Shown piece by piece: positions 48,211 to 62,095 of a stretch of 64,000 nucleotides of DNA. Both the position numbers and the translations under genes were made by a program. Under the pieces are notes generated by a model. That model made no database searches. It was not told where the DNA came from and was given only the letters and a program-made list of their open reading frames with translations. Source of the stretch: Lama guanicoe (lineage: Eukaryota); assembly GCA_013239625.1 (NCBI GenBank), contig MU054391.1:9271095-9335094 (forward strand), in the 5' to 3' direction. Position 1 is the stretch's first letter, and the number at the start of each line of letters is the position of its first letter.

Positions 48211-51200
48211 CTGGTCCCAGGAAGAAGGGCTCAGGAAAAGTCAAGGCTGGGGAGGAGTCAACAGCTGTTGAGATGCTAAAGGCATCAGAAGGGCTCCTCA
48301 TACAAAAAGAACCAGGTATACTCAGTAGAATATCCGAGACTTCCTGAGAGAAGAATCATCTGGAGGGACCCCTGTTTTAATGGAGTCTTTTAAACTTTTT
48401 AAAAATCAGTAACACAGGCTCCCTACCGAGTTAGATTCTCCATCAGCGAAATCTGGATGTCTAACAGTCATCCCGTGTAAGCCTTATCATTGAAGGAACT
48501 TTAGGAAAGACTGCTGTGACGCATGTATTTTTCTTGTGAATGAATATAAAATAAAACTAAAAAATTTAAATGACCTTTCTGGATCTGTACTGGCTCCAAT
48601 GTACAGTATGAAGCCCATTTGTGTATGAAAGGCTATTCAACGTAGTGCTGAAGAATAAAGGCTTTACAACGGGACCGCTGGAATTTACACCCACACTCCA
48701 CCAGTGGACGTTAGTCTATCGTCATCAACAATATGGGAATAATAAAAGCATCTAACGTGTTTGTGAGCAACGAATTGAAAAACATCTCCAAGAAAAGCAC
48801 TTAACACAGTAGCTAAAAAGTAGTAAACTTTCCATAAACTGGAGCTGCTCTCAGCATCACATAACAAAACCCTCCCACCAAATTCTATGTGTTAAGTGCC
48901 CACTGCCTTCTAAGAGGGGTGGTGCCCCCCTCAGCTTACAGATCCCTCTGATCAGTTTGGCTGTGCTAAAGCTAAATTCTTCACAACGAAGGGGTGAGAA
49001 ATGGTGAAGAGAGGAGTCGGGTTCAACCTGGCTGAAGAGGCGGAAAGGAAACCGCCCATAGAACGGTCCATCCAGAAGGGTCTCTGAGAAACAGGAAATG
49101 TCTAATGAGTAGCTTCACATTGTGCTGAGCAATTATGATTTAAACTCCCTTCTCTGTCTTGCCCATTAAAACTCTGAGTCACTCATTGAGGTTTTTCTGA
49201 ACATCTAATCTTTAAAGGAAACATAAGGAGGGGCTGTGTTGATGGGCTGGACACAGTGTGAAACAGCAGGTGCAGGCTCCAAGGCACGGGTGACAGGCGG
49301 CACTGGGTCACAGTAAAAATAATGAAAGAAGTCTGCTACTATTTTAAAACCCTCTCTGTGCTAATATTACAACATTGTAACGGTTGTAATGAAATTTGTC
49401 CCAGCAAGAAAGCCCATCTCCTGAAGGCAGAGGTAAGGTTCTCCCCCTAAAGGGAAAGGTATTCCTCGCTTATCTCTTGGGCCTGGATTTGAGGAATCTC
49501 ACCCTCCTGGGAGCATGCCAAGTGGATGTGAAAAGATGAACTGGGCCAATGAAGGTGGCCTGGGAGCCAGATTAAACAGACCTCTGCTAGGAGACCGCAA
49601 ACTTGAAGACAAGTCATCCATGCTTTGTGAGACCAGATACAGAGCCGGGCATCATTCATTTCCAGTTTGTTACCATCAAGCCCTTAGTAAAACCTCATCC
49701 AGCTTCTACTCAGGGTATTAAAGCAAGGGTCTGTTGTCCCCTGCTCAGTATTATCATTTAAGACAAAGCAATGCCTCCTGGAGGCCAACAGGGTAGTGAC
49801 AGTAACTGGTACAAGAGTCCAAGAAATAGTGAATCTCTACGAAGCATCACAGCAGGGAGCTCTGGCCCTTTCCTACCCTCTCTTCAGTGCCAACAGTGTG
49901 GGTTTAAATTGAATTTGTTTCTCTCACAACTACAAGTTTTAGCTCTTGCCGAACCAGTTTCCTGAATTGTTTTCTTAATTCTACACAAAATTTGGTTCAA
50001 CTCATTAATTTAATAGGTCAAAACTGTCACCAAATTCATTATTGGATTGTTTTTTGACTCTGAAACTGGCCAAGAGCCCTCACTTTCTAAAATCCCTTCA
50101 TTTTCCCTTTGTTTCCACCACCGCCGTCAATCTGTTGGACTGCTTCCTGGCACACGCCACGAAGAGCGAACCACGAGTAGGAAACAGCCACAGCACGCTG
50201 GGATGAGGACGCTGAGCAGCCAGCCAAGTGTACTTGACATGCCGTGGATTCATGAAATTCATATTTGCGCTCAGCTAGACTGTAAATGACTACGTGCAGG
50301 TCATGGGATTTACAGGTGTCATGAATCATTACAACCACGAATATGGAATCCTCAAACACCAAGACTCTACTGAATAAGCTAAGTGTCCATCCCTATGGCT
50401 CCTGCATCTCCATCAACCAGACATATCAGTCACCAGTGCTCATAAAAATGCATGTGATGGGATATCTAAAGAAGATGGGGACATTTCTCTTGCAATTCCA
50501 CAGTTCTCACAATGCCTGACGCAGAGATCTGTACACAGAAAAAAATGAATGTCAATCAATGCTTGTCAAATGGTATGCTCTGCTAAAAAAAAAAGGCAGA
50601 TAAAAAAAACAAGGATTTCTGAAATTAACATTCATTCACCATTCTAATGAAATGAATCCAAACAGTAATGGAAATCTAACATGGACCAAACATTTATACG
50701 TGTGATATCCTTGCGGGCTAAAAGAAGTTAGGTGATTTCCCAAGGTTACAGAGCTAGTAAGCTGTGGAACCAGATGTAAATCCAGGTCGCTTTAATTCTG
50801 AAGGTAGAGGTGCCTCTTAAAGAAACCATCTGGAAAGAATCCTCAAAGAAGAGAGATGCAGGAAGTGGAGGCTGGATGGCAGAAGGGGTGATGTGCCTAG
50901 CAACCAAGTTGATGAGAGCCAAGCAAAGACCCCTCTGTCATCTAAGACCCTGGCTGTCTCCAGAGCAGACATGTGCTGAGTCACCAAGGGTTTCTGAACT
51001 GAGAAGAGTGATATCTGACAAATGATCATCGTAAACACTAGGCTACAACCATCGAATGCGTAGTGGGGAAAGGGCAGTGTGTCCCGGGAGCCTCTCCCCA
51101 CGCCATTCGATGGAGCTCACAGTACCCTTTCGGTATTCTTGTGAACGTCTATCTTAAACGCAGCTCTCAGGTATTCCGGTCACCCTGAGGTGCCAGCGCC

Positions 51201-51954
51201 CAACACTAACCAGAAACGTTCTAGCTGTAACGCACCTCAAGCCCTGATGTGGGCATTTCAGAAGCGTCAGTAACCCTGGTGTCTGCATGTGAAGACCGAG
51301 GATGAGCCGGAACCTTCCTAGGGGTCATGAAACGACCACCTATTGACAGACACCTAGTCCTCAAAATTAATAAGCCCTGCCGCTGCATCAAGCAGACCTG
51401 AAGCCTGTGTAACTGCTTTTGGATGATGTTGCATAAAACAAGCCTCTGCAATCAAAGGAAAGGCAACCAGGGAATACTTTAGGAAGGAAAATTGATTTGA
51501 TTTTACTTTAAAAAGGAATTTTAAAAAATGACTTTGAATATGCACATTCATCTGAACCAAAATATGCTTTTGACAGACATAGGTTAAAGCAACTGCAGGG
51601 GCTGGCGGGGAGGAGGGGGCGGGGAATACAATATAAAGTGTATCCAGGGCTTTCAAAGCATCTCGCAGGCTTCATTGACAAATACAAAAAGAAGCTTCAA
51701 ACCACAAAATAGGAACAATGAGAATCAAAGGCAACAGAAAATGAACAAACAGGATAAAGTGAGGTGTTCTTTCTTCCCCAGGAATATTTTTAGTTTATTA
51801 CCTCTTGTTAAAAGTTTGCTGTGTGCCATTATAATCCTATGCATGAGTTCTTTATGAATATTTGAATTGCTTTGTTTCAGTAAAGTTTGCTGGGAGGAGG
51901 CGACCCTCACTATTATATGCATGCAGCAGACCGTTCCCTGTTTTCTATTGAATC

Positions 51955-52395
51955 AAGCTGAACTCTTCATTCACGACCCTATGAAATGACTCTGGCCTAT
52001 TTCTCCAGCTTTGTCCCAACAACTCCCTCTGTCTGAAATGCCATTCCCTCTTCCCTATGTGCCCAAATCCTTCCCATCCTTCAAGAGCCATAGAAAAAGC
52101 CAACTCTCTCTGCCCCAGGAATATTTCTCAGATCCTCTCTCTGATGATGCTCTCCTTCCTCCTTTTAATTTCCACACCATTTTATCCATATATTCCCACA
52201 ACCGACTGATAAAAATGCCACACTTGGTCTTAAATAACAATTATCTGTGCACAACTTATTTCCCCTCATACACAGTTTGCTCCTTAAGAGAAGACAATCA
52301 TGTCTTCTGTATCTCTGAAACCCTTGAATTATTTAGGAAAGAACTTGACACATAGAAAGAGCTCAAAAAAAAAAAAAACTCAGTGAATGAATGAA
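51955..52395 (+). mobile_element. L2 3' region
   Basis: ccctctgtctgaaatgcc...cccatccttcaagagcc...gaatgaatgaa terminus. Confidence 0.7.
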
Positions 52396-52840
52396 AGTTG
52401 TACTGTCTACAGGCAGCCTTGATATATAGGAAGGTAGGACAGATGTACAGCAGAATCCTTTGGTGTAGAGTAGAAGGAACAGTCCAGGGCTGGGGCCAGA
52501 GGAAATGACCTTGTTGGTGGGGGAATAAAAGAAATGTTGTGGGCTTTGCATTGTCACCAAGAATATTTGCCACAGTGCAAGTTGATTAGCGAATGTTAGA
52601 ACAGCAATGAATTAAATTCTCTACTCTATGTCAACAGGTTCCCTCAACATGTTCCCTATTTGCACTCCCTGTTTTCAGTAAATGTTTTATTGTGCATCCT
52701 GCTTAAATAAAATCTCGTAAAATCTCAGGACTGAAAAGGACCTTAAAGTTCATCTAGTCCAGGGACCCATTCTATGTTTGAGAAGCTTGGATGACATCCC
52801 TGTTGAGTGGTCATCCCATTCTCTGCTGGGATATCTCCTA

Positions 52841-53428
52841 TGGGAGGCAGAATTATAAAAAGTAACCCCCAAGATTCCATAGCCCTTAGTCCCTGAACCC
52901 TGTAACTGTGAGGAGATATTACTCCCTTGATTGGTGATGTTATATGACACAGTTGACCTTAAAAAGAGACGGTGGTCTAAATGGATCAGATCTAATCACA
53001 TGAGCCCTTAAAAGCAGAGAACTTTCTCCAGATGGTAGCAGAAGGAAGAGTCAGGAGGATTTGAAGCACAAGAAGGACTCAATACTCCATTGCTAGCACT
53101 GAAGATGCAGGGGATGAAAAAGCAAGGAATGCAGGTGGTTTCTGGAAGCTGAGAACAACCCCTGACTGACAGTCCACAAGCACTGAAGACCTCAGTCCTA
53201 CAACCTCACAGGACTGAACTCTGCCAACAACTTGGATGAACATAAGGCCGATTCTCCTCTCAGCTAGATAATATCTTGACTTCCAGCCTAGTGAGACTCT
53301 AAGCAAAGTATCCTGCTAAGCCTGCCTGGATTTCTGACCAGCATAACTGGGATAAAAATGAGTATTATTTTAAGCTGCTAAAGTTGTTGTAATTTGTGGG
53401 TGTTTAGCAGCAAAAGAAAGCTGATACA
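52841..53428 (+). mobile_element. MaLR solo LTR (MLT1E-like) inserted in an L3/CR1 remnant
   Basis: tgggaggcagaatt...ctaatcacatgagcccttaaaagcagaga...acctcagtcctacaacc...ttttaagctgctaaagtt...gcagcaaaagaaagctgataca. Flanks (52720-52840, 53430-53700) look like antisense L3. Confidence 0.85.
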
Positions 53429-54059
53429 CTTTCAGTGACACATAGTCACTGTCCCCAGTGGCAGCCTCTTCTATCTTTGGAGAACTCTGGTTAGTAGAAA
53501 ATTCTTTTTTTTTCAATTCAACAAATTATTTCTTCCTATAACACCCATTGATCCTTCTCCTAGCACTTGGCTCACTCAGAGCAAATTCAGTCTTTCTTCC
53601 ACATGACAGCCTTTCAAAAATTAAAGCTGTTTCTAATGTCACATCTTTAGTCCCTTAAAGCTTTCTTTACATTGCGTGGCTTTGAATGCTTTTGCCACCC
53701 TATTCGCCATCCTATGAGTGCGACCTCATTTATCCAGATGACTAATAAAAGTGAGGCACTAATAAAGAATTCTGTATCAATACACCACCGCTCGCTCGCA
53801 CTGCACCGTCTCTCGACTGTCTTAGGTCAGCACCGCCAACTCTAGCTTGAGGCTACATCCAAGGTACATGGATAATTGGTATTGCAAGATGGATTACCTT
53901 TTACCTTTCAGAGAGAAACTGCCTTGATACCTCTGGGTCAGCCATTGTTTCATCCTGACTGGTAGAAAAAAAGATGGTCCAGAAGAAGTCTGATTTTTCA
54001 ATTCCAGGCTCCTACTTGGCAGCCACCTAAATGCATGTGTTGTTTATGAAGTTTATAAA

Positions 54060-55625
54060 GGAACCTCCCTTCCGACAATGACGGAGTAACTGGTACTGGA
54101 CTAGCCCTCTCACTGTAAACAACTGTAAAACTGGGGAAAGAAATCTATTAAACAGCTTGTTTCAGTTATGAAACAATAGACAGCACTGGACTGTGATCCT
54201 TGAGAGAAGGAGATCCAAGAGATGTACCAGGTAGGGTTCTGGCAATGAAGGGAACAGATTTGGAACTGAGAAGCAACAATAGATAATGCAGCACAGGCTG
54301 AGCCTCCTGACGGCCCTGGCTCTCTGCCTGGAGGCACTTCTCAAACTACGTGCAGAAAGGTGGAGCCCAAGAAGAGCATTCAGTCTGGCTGAGCTGAGGA
54401 GGCAGAGATCAGATTTGGGGATGGATGGACCAGCTAGAATTTGAAGGTCAAGTTACCACAGAGGAGGGAGTAGCAAAAGGAAAGAGCTCTTTAAAGTCTT
54501 CGGCTTTAATTCTTAAAGTTCTTGGCTGGATACGAAGCTGCACATGTATGGGACAAGAATCTACAGAAAAGCTCTAAGAGACGTAGGAGCTCGTACTGAT
54601 CAGAGTGCATACAGCTTGCTGGAAGTTCCAGGCATTCAACTGAGACCTCAGAAAGCCCAAACTCTGGGAATAGCACTACCCTGTCTCTAGACTTAGATCT
54701 ATTCTAGACCCTACCACAGTGGGTAGAATGGTGGTCCCCTGGAAGATAGGTCTGTGTTCTAACTGTCAGAACCTGTGAATATGACTTCATTTTTCAGATG
54801 TAATTAAGTTCGTGATCTTTAAATGAGATCACGCTGGAATATCTGGGTGGGCTCTAAATCCAATGACAAGGATTTTTATAAGAGAGAGAATAGGTTGCCC
54901 AGAAACACAGAAGAAGCTCAAGAAAAGATGAAGATGGAGACAGGAGCTATGCTTCCCTAAGGCAAAGAATGCCTGGCGCCACCAAAGGCCATAAGAGGCC
55001 AGGAAGCATTCTCCCCTAGAGTTGTCCAAGGGAGTGCAGCCCTGCCCACAGCTTAATTTCAGACTTCTGGCCTCCAGAATTGTGAGAGAATAAATTTCTA
55101 TTGTTTTCAGCCAAAGTTTGTAAAAATATGCTAAGGCAAGCCTATGAAACTAATATACCACCCTAACAAAATGGAAAGCCAAACATTGAGAAGGTCAAAT
55201 TGACCCACTAGTAAATATGCCACCTGAAATTCAACAGGGGACAAGGGTGAAAAGGGTGTCTTTAAGAGAAGACAATAATATCCAGACTTTCAACCATGCA
55301 GTGTTCACTACTGTCCACAATAGGATAAAAAATAAAGAGGCATGCAAAGGAACAAGAAAATGTACCCCATAACCAAAAGAAGGAGGAGATGGAAGAGAAG
55401 TAGTGGTGAGGAAGTGAAGGAGGATAAAAAGAGAGAGAGAAAGAAAAAGAAAACAAGAAAGATCTATGGGCGAAAGACATGTTGGACTTTATGGATAAGA
55501 CTTCAAAACAGCTATCTTAAAGATGTTTAAGAAAAAGATACACACAATGATTAAACAAAGAATCTCAGAAAGGAAATGGAAGAGAGCTCAGTGGAAATTC
55601 TACAACTAAAAACTATAGTTGAAAT
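54060..55625 (+). mobile_element. Old L1 5'UTR/ORF1 fragment (L1MD/ME-like), interrupted by MLT1B
   Basis: cttccgacaatgacggagtaactggtactggac...catgcaaaggaacaagaaaatgtacccc...gtggaaattctacaactaaaaacta. Confidence 0.65.
54715..55157 (+). mobile_element. MaLR solo LTR (MLT1B-like)
   Basis: gtgggtagaatggtggtcccc...gaacctgtgaatatgac...ctaaatccaatgac...cagacttctggcctccagaattgtgagagaataaatttct...gaaactaatata. Confidence 0.9.
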
Positions 55626-57499
55626 AAGGTTTATAAATTCCTGAGTTTTACATACATCATCTCATTTAAGCAGCAGCACGACACAATGGAAGTATCACAA
55701 GGCTTGACATTTAAATTCTAGCCATGGAATTTGGGGCAAGTTACCATAATACATCATATCTGTCATTTTCTGACTGAAAAGCATCCCACTTTTCGACCCT
55801 TTTCCCCTCGCTTTGCTTTTTGTCCCCACCCTGAACAGGGTTCAAATGAAAGTAACCATCTTCTTAGAAAACCCATATTCCATGCCACAATCCTTGATCT
55901 AGAGAACAGTGACATCTGACCCACGCTGGGAATAATTAGTGTCGTTTCTTTTGAATTTTTAGAAAGAATAAGAGAATAAGAGTCGACTTTCTCTCAGTCA
56001 GAGAGTCCTCCGCATCTAAGTGATGGTCTCCGCTCAGGGTATCTGACTGGCTTTACTCCAGTTCTTCAATAGATATTTTTTAAGCTGAGCTCCTGGTTAT
56101 CCCAAACAGGCAGCTGTAGAGTTGGAAGAGGTCTTGGTGTAAATGCTTTTATTTTTGCCTCTGTGCCTTTGCTTGGGCTAATCCCTCCACCGAGAACACC
56201 TTTCCTTCTCTTCTCCTCTTGTCAAAGTTCTAGCTATTCCTTTAATGCTCAGTCTAGAGATCATGGCCTCTGTGAAACATTCCCTGGTCCTTCCAGAGCT
56301 CTTCTGCATCTCTCTACTCTGGAATTTTGTAAACCCCTTGCAGAACATGTGTCGCCACATGACTTGTATTAAAGCTCATTCTGTTGATGGCTGCTTTCTC
56401 ACGTGGAGTGTGGGCTTTGCGGAGGGGGAGAGGAGAGTGGAAATTGTGTCTTTATTCACCTTTGAAACCCTCACTGATCTAGCCTAGTGAAGCTTTGCAC
56501 ATATAATGATTAATCAATATTTACTGAATTCCATCAAATTTTCCATTAGTAGAGACTAACTACCCTCAAAGAATTTTATCTAATTACATATTAAAACTAT
56601 AAAGAAATGTTAAAAGAACTGGGACAACTGGGATTGCTTTTCTGGGTCAAGAGAGAAAAATCAATACAGTGCTGGCTTTGAGTGTAGCTGGCACATAGTA
56701 GGTAGATAATTAACACTTGTTAAATTGAATGGCTATTGGACCATCGCTAGTCATCAGAAGAATTAAGTCTCTGGATGTAATTTTGTTCTATTAGATACAC
56801 TCCCTCCCATTTTTACTTTTTCTTCGTACTGCAGTAAAATCCAGTCTTTGCAGCATCACATGTCAGTGATGCTCCCTCCAGCATCCCCTGCCCCCAGCTC
56901 CAGCCCCAACATAACATCTGGTATCTTTCTGAGGTATCCCCTCTTTGATCTCACTTTCCACATGATTCTCAGGGTACACGGGGGGCAGTTCAGGCTGCAG
57001 AACGTGAATACAAGGTGCACAGAGGAACATGGAGCGCTATTTTCTGCCCAGTTCCATTAGTCATTGCCAAGGCTGGGGAGAAAGTTTTCATTTTTGTGAG
57101 TCACTGTTTATCTGCCTATAAATTTAGTAATGAAATGCTTATGCCACAGGGATAGGAAGAAATTTCATTTTTGCTTATAAAGTCCTCGGGGCATGTTTGG
57201 ATCCAAAGTGCAATAACACTATAAAATATTGCCCTGATATTGCTGTCTCCAGGCCTGGAACTCATTTCTACATTATGAGAAGCAAAGAAGAAGATTTATG
57301 GGGAAGATAAGGAGATAGCTTTTCTCAAGTATTTAAATGAGGTTTTTCTTTAAATAGTCATTGTCCGCTAGTGTCCTGTTGTTTGGGACTGAGAAAGAAT
57401 ATTTGTCAGTAGCTCTAGAAACTTTCTCTTTATTGGCAGACAGGACAATACTCTAAGTAGGAGTAAAAACAGCTACAATCTATTCAATATCATCACAAG

Positions 57500-57695
57500 A
57501 CCACTTTCTACCATCATTACCTTAGGTCCTCAAAAGATCTTTGCAGAGTAGGGGTTATTAATACTTTATAGATAAGGAAAATGAAGTTCAGAGAGGTTGA
57601 GCAAATTTCTTCAAGTCACACAGCAAGTAGTGGCAGAGCTGGGATTTAACAACCAGATCCTTATGACTCCAAAAGCTTTTGCTTTCTCCAGTACT
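57500..57695 (-). mobile_element. MIR
   Basis: ttatagataaggaaaatgaagttcagagaggttgag...gtcacacagcaagtagtggcagagctgggattt. Confidence 0.85.
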
Positions 57696-57984
57696 AGCCT
57701 GTGTAAGACCAAGTCACACAGAGCCCTACTACTCATAATCTGACTTCCCATTCCTATCCTTGAAAACCTCTGGCAACTCCTCACAGTTTTTTAAGAAAGA
57801 AAAAGTTTAGAATTTAATACAAATGGGAGAAGGTCACTCCCAGGACATGGTATAGATGTGCTGGAAGCCACTCCTGACCTAAGCTTAAGTGCTCTGGGGA
57901 ACAGGCTAGGTCTGTAATTTTAATGTGAAGAGACAGCTTTAGGATCTAAGTGTGGATCTCTCCTGTTGATATAAAACCCTGCAG

Positions 57985-60640
57985 GAAATGGGATCACCCT
58001 CCCTATCATCCCTCTGGAAACCCTGCTAAATAAAATAAAGGCATGAAAAATCTACAAACCTATGAGGGCAAACTGAGTAGTGAAAAAGATATCAACAAGT
58101 AAAATATTTCCAAAAATTGGGAGGCACCAAGTAGAGGGACGAATGGTAACCACCTTAGCAGAGTGCAGGAAGCCACTAATGCGGCGCAAAAAAATGCTAA
58201 CAAGAGCACTGGAAGAACCAGGACTGGTGTAGGCAAGGATGAGCACCGGAAGTAAACATAGAGACCAGGTGAAAGTCCCCTGGTCAGGTTCCAGGTACCT
58301 CTCATCACCTCTGAGCATCCAGACAGTGACCACTTCACCTCACAAAAACCCCATCAGTAGGTCTGAAATGTATCTATGAAAACTCCATACTTGGAGACAA
58401 CAGACAGCATTAAGGCAAGAATGAGCACAAAGGCTGAAAACAGAAGCGGTAAGAGACAGCCGCCACCTTAGCCCTCTTGTCCTGCCCTGCTTCTAAAACA
58501 CCAGCAGCCGGACATATACACACCCCCGGCAAAGAGATTACTGTGGGGAGGAAACCGAATGCCCCCTGAGAAAGGACTTCCAAGTCCTGACTTTGGGCCA
58601 AAAGGGACAACCTGATGCCAAACCACCTTCTCTGGAACCTTATCAGAGGGAGTTATGCCCACTCAGAAGTCCAGATTGGGTTTTTAATTGTTCAACTTTT
58701 AATTTTTTGATTCTTAATGTGAATAAGCAAGGGGAAAAAAAATCAGTGGATATGTGAAAATGGCCTCTAATGTGAGAAATTGGGACCAAAAAAAAAAAAA
58801 AAGATAGTAGGAATCTTGAAGACATAGAAGAAGCAAAGAATTTTAAAAACATTTTTTAAAAATATGATCAAGATCATCAGAAAGACAGAAGATAACACAT
58901 CCTATGGACAAGAACAAGATGCTACAGAAAGGTAAAATCAAGAAAAATTACTTTTGAAATTGATAGCTGCTAATTTTTAATTTAATAAAAGTGTTCAAAG
59001 ATAAAGTGAGGGAAACTTCCCAGAAAATAGATGTAAAATAAACAGAAGAAAGGGAGATAAGAAAATTAGATAATCAATCCAACATTCAACAGCTAATCAG
59101 AATGAAAAAAAAAGGAAAAAAAAGGGAAAAAAAACAGAAAAGGAAAATTTATCAAAGAAATAATGCAGGAAATCTTCCCATAATGAAGCGCATGAGTCTC
59201 CCACCAAAAGCCTGGCACAGTGAATGAAAAGACCATGTTAAATCACAGCAAAGGAGTCTAATGCTCTAGGGGAATGTGGAGCCATACGATGGAAGGGAAG
59301 AGAAGAGAAGAAGAATGTGAGTGGGAAATAAAATGACGCTGATTTAAGTCACTGAAATGCTGCCATTGATTTATGACAAATATTCATAGCCTCAAAGATG
59401 GCTGCCAACGGGTCCTTCCCCATCTCTGCACACATTCTGCTCCTCACATCAAGGGAGGATGTCTGTTCCTCTCCCTGGAACCTGTGCTTGCCTTAGTGAC
59501 TTCTTTGAAGAACAGAATACAGCAAAAGGGATGTTCCAGGACCTCCAAAGCTAGACAATAAGAAGACCTGCAGATGCTCGCTGGGCACCTTGAAAAGCTC
59601 ATTCTTGGGATGCTTCCTCGCAGAACCCAGCCACGATGCTGTAAAAAAGCCCAAGCCACATGGAGAGGCCATGCAGAGATGCTCTGGTTGACTGCCCAAG
59701 CTGCGCTCTCAGCCAACAGGCAAGATCAGCTGCCAACTGTGTGCGTGAGCCATCGTCCCTTTGCAGAACAATCAAGCCGCAGGATCACTGCATATATCCC
59801 AGCCCCCCGCCACTACCATGTGGAGCAGACCCGGTTAGCCCACTGAATGGTGGTGATAATACATATTTTTAAGCCAGTGAGTTTTGAGGTGGTTTATTAT
59901 GCAGCAATAGAGAACCAGAACACTGACATAATACAGCCAGGGAGTGAATCAGGAAGAGGAAGACATGGGGTCCAGGAAGTAAGAACAAGGGATATCAATT
60001 GTCCCAGGAGGAGAGCTGTGCACCAGAGCTGCCAACAACTGGTCACTTCTAGAAAGGGAGAGCAGGGATTTCAGGAGAGAGAGCTTTAGGAAAAAAAATC
60101 ATAGATTTGATGAGTTTTTCTGACATATTTGAATCTTTACAAAAAATACCAGGTAGCATATGAAATTGGACTGAATGCATGGGGGCAAAAGAAAAACAGA
60201 TACACAGACAACCAAGCCAATGATAAATGAGGCAATTATTTGTTCAAGGAAAATAAAAATTAAATGCGAAAGAAAATGTAATAATTATAAACAACTTGGT
60301 TCATAAATAATCAAAATTTACATAAGCATTTACATAAGGTAAACGCTGATGAATTAGAAATTGTGAGACAACAAGATTAAGAAAATGAGGGTAGAAAATA
60401 AGAAGGAAAGGGATGTATAAGAACTAATTCCTTATCTTACACAGAGGAACTCAAAAGGGCAAGTCTACAACTGATGATTAATAAATAGCAGTGTAAATAC
60501 ATTATTTAGAAACACTATCAGTTAAACGTCAAAAAGAGTTAAGAGTAGTTGTCTCTAGGAAGAGGAACCAGGCACGGGAGGAGTTGGGCAGGGCTGCCGC
60601 TACCTTTCCAAGCAGAAGAGCAGAGCTATAAAATGTGTGC
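57985..60640 (+). mobile_element. Ancient L1ME/HAL1-like remnant, interrupted by MLT1G
   Basis: Long A-rich sense ORF1-like text (gaacaagatgcta...aagataaagtgagggaaacttcccagaaaatag...atcaaagaaataatgcaggaaatcttccca). Confidence 0.5.
59375..59922 (+). mobile_element. MaLR solo LTR (MLT1G-like)
   Basis: aagatggctgccaac...gaacccagccacgatgctgtaaaaaagcccaagccacatggagaggcc...ttttaagccagtgagttttgaggtggtttattatgcagcaatagagaaccagaaca. Confidence 0.85.
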
Positions 60641-60658
60641 CCAGCTACCCACGATTTC

Positions 60659-61010
60659 TGTCTTAGTCTACTCTAGCTGCTGTTACAGAATATTGCAGAC
60701 TGGACGGCTTACAAACAACAGAAATGGACTTCGCACAGCTCTGGAGGCTGGGAAGTCCAAGATCAAGGCCTTGGCGCACGTGGTGTCTGGTGAGCGCCTA
60801 CTTCCTGCTTCACAGAAGACTGTCTTTTTGCTGGTCCTCAAATGAATGAAGGAGGAAGGATGCTCTGGACTCTCCTGTACAAGAGCACCAATTCCACCTG
60901 CCCTCATGACCTAATCACCTCCCCACAGTCCAACCTCCAAATACCATCACCCTGGGGATAAGTCTTCAACATAGGAATGGGGGCATGGGGGACACAATCA
61001 GTCCATAGCA
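60659..61010 (-). mobile_element. MaLR solo LTR (MLT1A0-like)
   Basis: tgtcttagtc...ctggaggctgggaagtccaagatcaagg...ccctcatgacctaatcacctccc...gacacaatcagtccatagca. Confidence 0.92.
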
Positions 61011-61285
61011 TTTACATCTCAGCTCTACCATTTACAAGCTCTATGACCTCACGCAACTAGATAAACCTCTTTGTACTTCAGTGTCCATCTGTAAGATGGA
61101 GATAACTTACTTGTGTCCCCTTCCCTGAAGATGTTTCTTGTGTCCTCTTTTTACATATTAGCTCACTTAATAATCAGTAATAAATCAGTAAGTTGTGGTG
61201 ATTATTAAATGAGCTAATATGTAAAAAGCATTTAGAACAGTACCTGACATATAAGTACACACTACATAAGCATTTGCTATCACTA
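61011..61285 (+). mobile_element. MIR (interrupted)
   Basis: agctctaccatttacaagctctatgacctc...attaaatgagctaatatgtaaaaagcatttagaacagtacctgacatata. Confidence 0.75.
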
Positions 61286-61304
61286 CGTCAAGTCTTTTAG
61301 CCCC

Positions 61305-61492
61305 ATTTTTTTAAATTGAAGTATAGTCAGTTTACAGTGTGTCAATTTCTGGTGTACAGAATCATGTTTCAGCCATACAGATACATACATATATTCATTT
61401 TCATATTCTTTTTCATTACAGGTTATTATAAGATATTGAATATAGTTCCCTGTGCTATACAGAAGAAACTTGTTGCTTGTCTATTTTATATA
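61305..61492 (-). mobile_element. L1 3'UTR fragment (artiodactyl type)
   Basis: ttttttaaattgaagtatagtcagtttaca...aagatattgaatatagttccctgtgctatacag. Confidence 0.85.
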
Positions 61493-61919
61493 ATTCATGA
61501 GCAAGAATTACTTTGGTAAAAACAAAAGTTAATTTAGAAATTCTAAAATAAATCTAGAGATTAATGATTTGCTGCTTGCCAATGTCTCTCACATTCTAGA
61601 CTGTGCATCCTAGTCCATAGAAAAAGTTTTATCCGATTTCTTCATTTATAAAATGGACATAATAAACTGTCTCCTAGAGCAGTAAGGCGAATCAAATTCA
61701 CTAACACATGTGAAGTGACTAAAACAACATTAGCAGGTCATAAGGGTTCAACAAATATAAATCCCCACTCCATAACCCAAATTACAGACCATTTGATCAA
61801 CAAAAGTATAATCAATGAAGAAAGACTAAGGCCATTAGGATATAAGTTTGAGGGAGAAAAGCAATGGCTGTCAGATTCCCTGTACAGAGGATGGTGTTCA
61901 ACCTTCTCCATTGTCAGGG

Positions 61920-62095
61920 AAGAGGACACAAGAAACGACTGGTAGGTTTGCAATAAGAAAGAGTTTACTCTTAGGAAGGGACATTAAACACTGAAGGAGG
62001 CATTGAAAGTCCTTACTTGGGATGTTTTAAAAACAGAACTCAGCCTCATGGTTTAGGATGACCTTCCAGTGCTCCTGACAACGACATCTTCTAGC
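61920..62095 (+). mobile_element. L3/CR1 3' remnant
   Basis: aataagaaagagtttact...gtccttacttgggatgttttaaaaacag...ggatgaccttccagtgctcct. Confidence 0.45.
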
